A stretch of DNA of 20,454 nt, taken from contig JAZGFI010000158.1 of NCBI GenBank assembly GCA_036479435.1, positions 1-20,454 of the forward strand. The letters are read 5' to 3'. A program made the position numbers and the translations under genes. Within the stretch, counting starts at the first letter, position 1, and each line of letters opens with the position of its first letter. Of this stretch, positions 1 to 7,823 are shown piece by piece. This DNA is from Planctomycetota bacterium. Lineage in GTDB: Bacteria > Planctomycetota > GCA-002687715 > DRQF01. The notes beneath the pieces were generated by a model that saw only the letters and a program-made list of their open reading frames with translations, was not told where the DNA came from and did not search any database.

Positions 1-276
1 TCTGCAGGAATCCCGCTCAATCGGCAAGCACGAAGCAACTATCCACACTGCGAGAACGTCCAGAAACCGAAGAGCCCTCCAAAAAAGACAAAAGTCGCGG
101 TGACTTCAGCCGAATGCACTCGCCAAACAGCCTCTCTTGCAAGCCCCAATCTGACCCGAGAACGCTTCCGGAATAATTAGCGACTTTTCTGGCGGTTGTC
201 GATGACCACCAACGTTCCCTTTGAAGACACGACCTCGGTCGCATCAGGCGTACTGACCAAAGAAGGCGAACTCCGA

Positions 277-326
277 AGAGATCGAGAGAGTGCTTTGCGA
301 GAGCATTGGGCATTCTCTCGATCTCT
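277..326. repeat. Long inverted repeat / hairpin in the non-coding leader
   Basis: AGAGATCGAGAGA-G-TGC (277-293) pairs with GCA-T-TCTCTCGATCTCT (310-326): 13 perfect bp, one G-T, then 3 more bp. An inner TGC-GAGA-GCA (296-305) gives a GNRA-type loop. Confidence 0.75.
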
Positions 327-578
327 GATTCTCTGCAACTGCAAGAGTTCAAAGGCGATCGAAAACCAGAGAAGGCAGCAGTGAGCGCAACTAGTCCAAT
401 CAGGATGTGTGGCACCAGAACGACCTTCCCTGGGTTCGATTGCCCATTGGATTGATGAAAGTGGCCGCCAGCTTCATAGGTCGTAATCTTGTCACTCAAC
501 CGGCTTTCGAGTTGCAATCCATCGCCAACTTTTTGTGGCGCGGAACCCGCTGTTCACATCAACAAAAAGGAAGTACTG

Positions 579-2738
579 ATGCACAAAGGACCCCTGGATA
601 TCATTGCAGCGTGCTGCGTTCTATTGACGACTGCCTCTTGCGCAAGTGACGACTTTTGGTCTCCAAAGCCCGTCGAGAGTCATGGCGAAGTTGGGTCAGT
701 TGGCATAGCCGTGATCTCAGTCGCACCATGGGACGAGTATGTCGATGCGATGCAACCGACGTTCAAGTTGTCTGAGAAAGACGCGTTGTCCGCGGTAGTT
801 CCAACGACGCAAACGTTAACCGAGAAAGTCATAGACTCGCTCGCGGCACAGCTGAAAGTAGCCCCCCCTACTTCGGGCATCAAAGTGCCAGGTGAGGAGA
901 GATCTCGGGAATCGGGGGATGCCCAAGGTATCGAGATTCCGGCGAATCCTGGGTCAAGCCGTTCGGCTGTCGACCTTCCTGGAACTGCTTTGTCAACCAA
1001 GATCGACGTAGATCCCATGACAAGACATCGTTCGGCAACGGCCCTCTTTCAGGAGGTGAATGTCCTAAATCGTCACATCAAAGACGCCGCCCTTCGAAGA
1101 GGTTACCGGCCGTACGTTGTACGCGTCCAAGCCACCGTGATTCCCACATCCTTGGGCCGACCCTACGATGTCTTCTCAACATTCTCACTGTTCAACGGAA
1201 CCCTGGGCGATGAGCCCGCCGAGGCCGAGGAGAGGACGAAGTGGGAACACGCGTTAGAGAACTCAAAGTCCGCAAGGATTCCCTACGTTATTCCGCTCCT
1301 CGTGACCGACAATCTAGAGTCATCGCTGCAGTCAAGGACTCAGGATCAGATTCGCCAGTTGGGTTTTGCGCTTGATCTCTTGGTGAGTGGGTTCGGCGCA
1401 TCGGCAAGCGCAAGTTCTTACCAAGAGGCTCTGAAAGCCGTCTTTGGCCGCCAGACCAACAGTTTACTCACCGTAGCGCGGTTGTCAGACAACACCGTTC
1501 GATTTCGTCTCGGCGCTCCGTTTCAAACCCAACAGGAGCGAGCCATGATTCCACAAACTCACTACATCACCTTTGTCGTCCTTATCGACGAGAAGATGGT
1601 CGAGTGCTACGAGAAATGCGGCGCCTTCGCCAACGCTGCTAACCTCCTGACGAAATCCTCTTTTGTCGACACGAGGACTGGAAAAGAGCTTCAGCTTCCG
1701 ACATCGAAGCGGCGCCAACAGCAGATCAGCGACGTGTTTCTTCAGCGTGTTCCCAAATGGAAGAACGACGAAAGCGGGGCGAAAGAGGCGAACGAAAGGG
1801 CTACCACTTGTGAAGCCATCCGTATGGAGCGAGCCAAACACGCTGGTGTCCTTCGCGGTTTCGCGTTTGGCGGCCTGGAGGGACGTTTCCGAGAGTATCT
1901 ATGGAACAATGTTGACTCCGAGGCCAACTGGTTTGCCTTGTGGATCGACCTGATTGATGTCGAGAGATTCAGCGCCTTTGCAACAGCTTCGTTCGATCTG
2001 CCGCAAACCAAAGCGGAGAATCTCCCTATCGCCCGTGCGGCGATACTCTTGGACGACAAAAAGTCTTTCTCGCGACTGGACTTAGCTGGTGGCAGTCGCC
2101 TACGCGCCGACAGAATCGAGGCCGCACTCGTCTTACCATGCTACCGCTCCGTTCGCATACCGGCCATCGGGATTGCCGTGAAGGATTCAGGCCGCCGCTT
2201 GGCTTTGACCTTCCCTTCTTTGGCCATCATGGGACTTCCGAAGTCCGCAACCGATGGCGCGTTGCTCGAAGTCAAGATGCTGCATTCTCGGTGGAAAACC
2301 AGACCTGCAACGGAGCACGCTGAAGAGAGAACTTTTGAGGTGGTCTACCGTAAGTCCGGCTCGTCGAGCAAACCCAAGCATCGCTTCTCGCTCAAAACAA
2401 CCACGAAGTACGTCGTGGCCAAAGGCGGCAAAGGATCACTGCGCGTCTTTGTTGAGTTTCCCAAGAGCAAGGCGGGAATGCAGCTGATCTCCGAAATGAA
2501 GCTCCAAGTAACCGGGGCCGATCTTGCCACCATCAAAAACCAGTCGGATGCGGAAATCCCCGCCGCAACCGCCGCAATCGAGGGACAAGTGGTCACCATC
2601 AAAAAGAGCACAACCCTAGTCCTGAAACTGGAAAACCTCTCCCAAAAGCAGGCCGTTAAGCTTGAAGGCAAAGAGGACTCTGATCGAACCTCCAAGATTA
2701 TCGAGATCGAAATCACGAATCCACCCAAAGCGCAGTAG
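579..2738 (+). CDS. Hypothetical large lipoprotein (~719 aa), function unknown
   Basis: Long ORF (track 489..2738). ATG at 579 is preceded by AAAAGGAAG. The N-terminus MHKGPLDIIAACCVLLTTAS-C looks like a signal peptide II with a lipobox-like TASC (Cys21). I recognise no family motif. Confidence 0.75.
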   Translation: MHKGPLDIIAACCVLLTTASCASDDFWSPKPVESHGEVGSVGIAVISVAPWDEYVDAMQPTFKLSEKDALSAVVPTTQTLTEKVIDSLAAQLKVAPPTSGIKVPGEERSRESGDAQGIEIPANPGSSRSAVDLPGTALSTKIDVDPMTRHRSATALFQEVNVLNRHIKDAALRRGYRPYVVRVQATVIPTSLGRPYDVFSTFSLFNGTLGDEPAEAEERTKWEHALENSKSARIPYVIPLLVTDNLESSLQSRTQDQIRQLGFALDLLVSGFGASASASSYQEALKAVFGRQTNSLLTVARLSDNTVRFRLGAPFQTQQERAMIPQTHYITFVVLIDEKMVECYEKCGAFANAANLLTKSSFVDTRTGKELQLPTSKRRQQQISDVFLQRVPKWKNDESGAKEANERATTCEAIRMERAKHAGVLRGFAFGGLEGRFREYLWNNVDSEANWFALWIDLIDVERFSAFATASFDLPQTKAENLPIARAAILLDDKKSFSRLDLAGGSRLRADRIEAALVLPCYRSVRIPAIGIAVKDSGRRLALTFPSLAIMGLPKSATDGALLEVKMLHSRWKTRPATEHAEERTFEVVYRKSGSSSKPKHRFSLKTTTKYVVAKGGKGSLRVFVEFPKSKAGMQLISEMKLQVTGADLATIKNQSDAEIPAATAAIEGQVVTIKKSTTLVLKLENLSQKQAVKLEGKEDSDRTSKIIEIEITNPPKAQ

Positions 2739-2757
2739 GGCAGAAAGGAAGGAAATT

Positions 2758-4893
2758 ATGGCCAACTCAAAAGGCAACTCAAAGCGAAACCACAACGACC
2801 TAAGACTGGTGAATGTTCGGCACGGGTGCCGCGGTCTGGATCCTCGTCTACAGGAGCTGATGCTTCGGGCGAAGGAAAGCCAACGCATTGATCACACGAT
2901 TGCAAGTGTTCTTGGTGACGGTCCTGTTGAAGTTGACGTGATGGCTCGGCTCCACGAGCCTAGAAAGAAAGTAGCGGGACTCAAGACCTACACCCTGGTC
3001 AAGGATATCGTGACCGGTACCGTGAAGCTTGATGAGGTTGAGAAAGTTCGCGGGCATGACAACGTCGCCAGCCTCAAGGCGGCAACTAGAATATTGCCCG
3101 GCCTACATGAGTCAATCCCCAATGCAAAAGCCTCGCCTCCCTTCGTTACGCTCAGTTCCGGTGTGCTAACCGGGCGAGGAGTCGTCGTCGGTGTTGTCGA
3201 CTTCGGATTCGATTTTGCCCATGGCAACTTTCGCCATGCGGTTGATGGCACAACCAGGATCCACTCCCTCTGGAACCAACGGGGGGGGCCTTCAGCGGGA
3301 TCACCAAAGCCGTATGCCTACGGAACTCACTATTCTCGTTCCGAGATCAACTCGGCTCTGACATCTGGAGACCCCTATCGATCCCTGGGATACGCACCCT
3401 ACCAGCGTGGCGCTCACGGAACTCATGTCTTAGATATCGCAGCTGGAAACGGGAACTGGACCGGCGCACCCGGTGTTGCCCCAGACGCAGAATTGGTCTT
3501 GGTTGAACTCTCAGCTTGGGATTACGGCCAGGCCGACAACTTTGGAAACTCAAGGCGCCTCGCGGAAGCGGTTCATTTCGTTTTCGAAACCGCAGCCCAA
3601 CAACAAAAAAGTTGTGTCGTCAACATCAGCCTCGGGACACACGGAGGCCCCCACGATGGAAGTAACCTGGTCGAACAGTACCTCGACAACCTACTTGAGA
3701 AGCACAACGATCGCGCGATTGCCGTAGCCGCCGGGAACTCCCGCCTACATGCGAGCCATGCGAGCGGCCGTATTGCCAAGCAGAAGTCACGCAAGCTCGA
3801 ATGGATCGTTCAGCCAAACGACGATACAGAGAACGAAATTGAGATCTGGTACCGAGGTCGCGGAGAGGCGTCGGCTACTCTCACAAGCCCAACTGGCGCG
3901 ATCCTTGGGCCTGTCAAGTTGGGCACGACCTGGAGCATCACCCAGGGCGGTAAGCAACTTGGACGGATGATTCACCGGGAAGACGACCCCAACAATGGCG
4001 ACCACCAAATCAACATTTCACTGTTGCCAGATGCCGGAAGAGGCACCTGGCAGATCGAGATTCATGCCATTGGAAAGCAAGCCGTTGATTTCCACGCATG
4101 GATTGAGCGCGATGACTACCGCCGAGGAATTCAGTCGTTCCTCGGCAAGAATGACATCGACCAAGAGAACACCTTGGGTTCCATCGCTTGCGGTGAACTT
4201 ACCATCGCTGTCGCAAGTCATCAGCCACGGCATCCACAGCAGGCGACATCGGTGTTCAGCGCAATGGGGCCAACTCGCGAGGGGGGTGAGAAGCCAGAAC
4301 TAAGCGCACCAGGTGATCCCATTACGGCGGCCAGTTCGCTCTCCGGTGGCGCTACGACCATGTCCGGTACGAGCATGGCATCCCCGCATGTCGCAGGAAT
4401 CGTCGCACTCATGATGCAAGGCTTCGATGGTCAATTGAGCATTGGCGACATTCGAGGCGCCTTGATTCGAAGTGCCACGAGCCTCCAAGGTTGGGATCCC
4501 GTGTTCGGACATGGGCGCGTCAACGCCGCGGGTGCTCTGCAGGAGCTAGGCTTGTCCGTTGAAACTCACTCCACACGCTTCAACGTCATAGTCAAAAACT
4601 CGAGGATGATGTCCTCCGACTACAAGGCTTTGACGAACGCCTTGAGAACCCTTAGAAGCATCTTGGGCATCAACTCTGTGGACGGTTCCGCCGAAGAATG
4701 GGCTCAGCTAATCTCAACAGGAACTTGGGCGCCTCCGACCTCAAGCGGCACTTGGCCACCTCCAATATCTTCTATAGGAATGCCGCCGCGCTTGGTCGGC
4801 GGTGGAACTGGCACTCAGCCTCCGCCGATCGCGAGTCGAGTTCATGAAGCGCGTCAAGAAATCGATCCCTGGTTGCGACCGCCACGGCCCTGA
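2758..4893 (+). CDS. S8 family (subtilisin-like) serine peptidase, Csp-like, with C-terminal repeat extension
   Basis: Catalytic motifs VVGVVDFGFD (Asp), HGTHVLDIAAG (His), oxyanion AAGN and SGTSMASPHVAG (Ser). A beta-rich insertion lies between AAGN and the Ser motif, and there is an N-terminal prodomain. ATG 2758 follows AAGGAAGGAA, 19 nt after the lipoprotein stop. No obvious signal peptide. Confidence 0.92.
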   Translation: MANSKGNSKRNHNDLRLVNVRHGCRGLDPRLQELMLRAKESQRIDHTIASVLGDGPVEVDVMARLHEPRKKVAGLKTYTLVKDIVTGTVKLDEVEKVRGHDNVASLKAATRILPGLHESIPNAKASPPFVTLSSGVLTGRGVVVGVVDFGFDFAHGNFRHAVDGTTRIHSLWNQRGGPSAGSPKPYAYGTHYSRSEINSALTSGDPYRSLGYAPYQRGAHGTHVLDIAAGNGNWTGAPGVAPDAELVLVELSAWDYGQADNFGNSRRLAEAVHFVFETAAQQQKSCVVNISLGTHGGPHDGSNLVEQYLDNLLEKHNDRAIAVAAGNSRLHASHASGRIAKQKSRKLEWIVQPNDDTENEIEIWYRGRGEASATLTSPTGAILGPVKLGTTWSITQGGKQLGRMIHREDDPNNGDHQINISLLPDAGRGTWQIEIHAIGKQAVDFHAWIERDDYRRGIQSFLGKNDIDQENTLGSIACGELTIAVASHQPRHPQQATSVFSAMGPTREGGEKPELSAPGDPITAASSLSGGATTMSGTSMASPHVAGIVALMMQGFDGQLSIGDIRGALIRSATSLQGWDPVFGHGRVNAAGALQELGLSVETHSTRFNVIVKNSRMMSSDYKALTNALRTLRSILGINSVDGSAEEWAQLISTGTWAPPTSSGTWPPPISSIGMPPRLVGGGTGTQPPPIASRVHEARQEIDPWLRPPRP
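4714..4830 (+). repeat. Degenerate 27-bp / 9-aa tandem repeat in the peptidase tail
   Basis: STGTWAPPT (4714-4740), SSGTWPPPI (4741-4767), SSIGMPPRL (4768-4794), a VGG spacer, then GTGTQPPPI (4804-4830). Confidence 0.8.
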
Positions 4894-4902
4894 GATGTTC
4901 TC

Positions 4903-5655
4903 TCATGCCAAGAGTGCTTCGAGTTGGTGGTCCTCGTTGGGGCTTTTGGCGATGCGGAGGGCGCGCCACTCTTTGGGCTTGAGGGCGGCGGCGGTGGTGG
5001 GGCCGATGGTTTGGGCGATCCAGTTGGCGCGGCGGTCTTCGGCGCCCTGGCGGACGAGGGCGGCGGTGAAGGCTTGGACGGCGGAGGGACTGGCGAAGTG
5101 GATGAGGGTGTTGTCTTGGGTGGGGTCTATGTCGAGTTCGCGATCGAGGTAGGCGTTGTGGGTGGCGTAGAACTCTATCTCGGTGAGATTGCAGGAAGCG
5201 CGTAGTTTTTCGGCGAGGTCGGCTTGGTAGAGGTTGCCGCGGGGCCAGAGGACGCGGGGATGGGCGTCGAGGATTCTCTCGCTGAGTAAAAGGGAATGGA
5301 GGCCGCGTAAGGTTGCGGCTTTGGCGATGGCCTTGGCTTGGTTTTGACGCCAGCGCTCGGCGCTGGCTTGGCCGACGATGGCGCAGGGGATCTTGATGGC
5401 GGCGGCCTGTTGTTCGCCGAGGATTTCTAAGACCTCGGGTGAGGTGATGAGGAGGAGATCGGCGTTCTTTATCTCTTCGAGAAAGCGGCGACGGCCCCCT
5501 GGATTTGGGGTTTTGGAAATCGCCGGTTGCCATGAAACCTCAGCACCTTGGTCGCGAAGGGCTTGGGTCAGGCTTTTCCCGGCGGGACCGGGGCGGGTGA
5601 CCAAGACGTTGATGGACTCAGGGCCAGGGGGCGGGGCCGGCTTGTCGCGGGTCAC
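4903..5655 (-). CDS. hemD: Uroporphyrinogen-III synthase
   Basis: N-terminal VLVTRP, LITSP, AIVGQASAE, FASPSAV and TIGPTTAAAL motifs. Lies directly downstream of hemC with a GTGA start/stop overlap. Confidence 0.88.
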   Translation of the reverse strand: MTRDKPAPPPGPESINVLVTRPGPAGKSLTQALRDQGAEVSWQPAISKTPNPGGRRRFLEEIKNADLLLITSPEVLEILGEQQAAAIKIPCAIVGQASAERWRQNQAKAIAKAATLRGLHSLLLSERILDAHPRVLWPRGNLYQADLAEKLRASCNLTEIEFYATHNAYLDRELDIDPTQDNTLIHFASPSAVQAFTAALVRQGAEDRRANWIAQTIGPTTAAALKPKEWRALRIAKSPNEDHQLEALLA

Positions 5656-6587
5656 GCGTCGCGTTCGCGAATGAAGTTCGCCAAGATTTCGGAACCGCCG
5701 GAAACCAAGAGGGCTGCGGCCAACTGGGCCCCGCGGACTTGGGGATCGTCGGTGGATTTGAAAGTCATGGCGGCCTCGGCGGGGGCTTCGCCGGGCTCAG
5801 CAAAGAGCATGGCTCTCATGCGGACTTCTTCGCCCTCGTGGTGAGCACACACGCCTAAGGGAACGTTGCAGCCACCGCCGACTTCTTTGAGGAGCGCCCG
5901 TTCGGCATCGACGACTTGGCGGGTACGAAGGTGGTTGAGGCCTTTGAGCAAACGACGTGACGTCTCGTCGTCTTCGCGACACATGATGGCGATCGCACCT
6001 TGGCCTACGGCGGGAAGAAAGGCGTCAGCGGCGAATACTTGGCTAATGCGGTGGGCGTAACCTAAGCGGACCAGGCCAGCCCGCGCCATGATGAGCGCGT
6101 CGTACTCGCCCAAGTCGAGTTTCTCGAGGCGCGTGGGAACGTTGCCGCGGATGCCCTCGATCTTAAGATCGGGGCGGAGCCTTTGGAGTTGGGCGACGCG
6201 GCGAACAGAGCCGGTGCCGACGCGAGCACCCGATGCGAGATCGGCGAGAGGGATCGCCGCCACAAGGGCGTCTTCGACGGGGCCGCGAGGTAAGACGGCG
6301 GCGATCACCAGGCCTTCGGCGAGTTGAGTCTCGACGTCTTTGAGACTGTGCACGGCGATGTCGACTTCGGATTGTTGCAGAGCGCCATCCAACTCGTGGG
6401 TGAAGACTGCGGTGCGGCCCAGCTTGCCGATGGGCTTGTCCTTTACTTGATCGCCGAGGGTCTTAACGGTCGTGATCTCGACTTCCCGCATTGGGGCTTC
6501 GCGTGACAGCAAGTCCGAGACGGTCTGTGCTTGCCACAGAGCTAAGTCGGAACCGCGAGTCCCCAAACGGATCGGAGCGGCGTTCAT
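5652..6587 (-). CDS. hemC: Hydroxymethylbilane synthase (porphobilinogen deaminase)
   Basis: IRLGTRGSDLALWQA, DIAVHSLKD, GTGSVRR, IRGNVPTRL, PAVGQGA, and GGGCNVP carrying the cofactor Cys. Confidence 0.97.
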   Translation of the reverse strand: MNAAPIRLGTRGSDLALWQAQTVSDLLSREAPMREVEITTVKTLGDQVKDKPIGKLGRTAVFTHELDGALQQSEVDIAVHSLKDVETQLAEGLVIAAVLPRGPVEDALVAAIPLADLASGARVGTGSVRRVAQLQRLRPDLKIEGIRGNVPTRLEKLDLGEYDALIMARAGLVRLGYAHRISQVFAADAFLPAVGQGAIAIMCREDDETSRRLLKGLNHLRTRQVVDAERALLKEVGGGCNVPLGVCAHHEGEEVRMRAMLFAEPGEAPAEAAMTFKSTDDPQVRGAQLAAALLVSGGSEILANFIRERDA

Positions 6588-7816
6588 CCTTTTTTCTCCC
6601 GGTGCATGAAGGCCTGGTAGGCCATGCGTACTTGGTCTTCGCTAACTTGACCGCGACTTGAGCGTTTTAGGGCGGACATCGTGACCCCTAAGAGTCGTCG
6701 GCAAAGGGCTTCACTGAATGCGTCGCGATCATCGCTACCCCCGGACATCTCGTCTTGTATGCTTTTGAATCCGTCCTGGATCTCGACGACGAGAGGGGTC
6801 ATGCCGGCAAAAGCCTGTAGGGCTAAATACTTGTGGGTTTCGCCGACGACGATGCCGTCAACTTCGGCCAACTGGGATAGCCTCTCGCCGCGGTTGCTTT
6901 CGATGAGCGCGGCGAGGTCGTCGATGTCCATCGCGAAGACGCCAGCGTGATCTGCGATCTTCGGGTCCATGCTGCGGGGGACGGAGATGTCGATGAAACA
7001 ACGGGTGCGCGGGTCTAGATTCGATACCACGGCGGTCGTCACGATGGGCTTCTCAGCTTCGAGGCAACCCATCACCACATCGGATGCTTCGAGCTCGGTA
7101 CCTAGGTCGTCGAGAATTCCGGCGCGCCCCCCCACCTCCTCCGCCAAGGCCTCGGCCTTCGCCAAGGTCCGATTCAAGATCACAATCTTTTCAACGCCGG
7201 CGGCGATGAGGTGCCTTGAAACAAGGGCTCCCGTTTCTCCCGCACCCAAGATCAGCGCGCGGCGGCCATCGAGGTTGCCAACGACTTTGCGCGCGAGCTT
7301 GACCGCAACGGCGGCCACACTGAGGCTGCCGCGGCCGAGCGCGGTTTCAGATCGCACCCGCTTGCCGAGATTGAGGCCTTGACGAAACAAGTCGCTCAAC
7401 TCGCGGCCCGGACTGCGCTGGCCCTGGGCTTCTTCGATCGACCCTTTTATCTGGCCCAATATCTCACTTTCGCCCACAACCATCGAGTCGACGCCGGCGG
7501 AAGTGCGAAAAAAGTGAAACACCGCCGCCCACCCGCGATGGTCATAGACTTCTTGGGCGCTGAGACCCGGAAAAATCAGCTCGCGGATTTCTCTGCGTTC
7601 ATTCTCATTGAGCGGTCGGGCCGAGCAACCATAAATTTCGCTGCGGTTGCAGGTCGAGAGCATGACCAAATCGTCGATGCCGCGTTCCAAGGCCAGCCGG
7701 TCACGCAAAGCCAAGCGCGAGTCGGCGTCCAGGGCGAAGCGCTCGCGAACTTCAACCACAGCACTTTGGTGGCTGATGCCGATGACGAAAAGAGACTCGC
7801 TACTCTTGGGGTTCAT
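6584..7816 (-). CDS. hemA: Glutamyl-tRNA reductase
   Basis: GISHQSA, STCNRSEIY (catalytic Cys), GVDSMVVGESEILGQ, the NADPH-binding motif LGAGETG, and IDISVPR. ATG at 7816 follows AAAGGTG; the track start at 7945 overlaps the upstream gene. Confidence 0.96.
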   Translation of the reverse strand: MNPKSSESLFVIGISHQSAVVEVRERFALDADSRLALRDRLALERGIDDLVMLSTCNRSEIYGCSARPLNENERREIRELIFPGLSAQEVYDHRGWAAVFHFFRTSAGVDSMVVGESEILGQIKGSIEEAQGQRSPGRELSDLFRQGLNLGKRVRSETALGRGSLSVAAVAVKLARKVVGNLDGRRALILGAGETGALVSRHLIAAGVEKIVILNRTLAKAEALAEEVGGRAGILDDLGTELEASDVVMGCLEAEKPIVTTAVVSNLDPRTRCFIDISVPRSMDPKIADHAGVFAMDIDDLAALIESNRGERLSQLAEVDGIVVGETHKYLALQAFAGMTPLVVEIQDGFKSIQDEMSGGSDDRDAFSEALCRRLLGVTMSALKRSSRGQVSEDQVRMAYQAFMHREKKG

Positions 7817-7823
7817 CGAGGCA

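Noticed and set aside
17..517. 166-aa minus-strand ORF and small plus-strand ORFs (196..384, 407..649; open frame 1..180)
   Set aside because: No recognisable motifs or convincing RBS, and the composition is unprotein-like. Frame 1..180 could be the tail of an upstream gene but cannot be supported from this window.
489..578. Track start (TTG 489) for the lipoprotein
   Set aside because: ATG 579 has the SD and puts the signal peptide at the N-terminus.
579..2738. Calling the lipoprotein a bacterial gasdermin
   Set aside because: It is far longer than known bacterial gasdermins and has an export signal; only a loose analogy is retained.
4772..5533. 253-aa Arg/Pro-rich minus-strand ORF
   Set aside because: Alternate-frame shadow of hemD caused by its C-ending codon bias.
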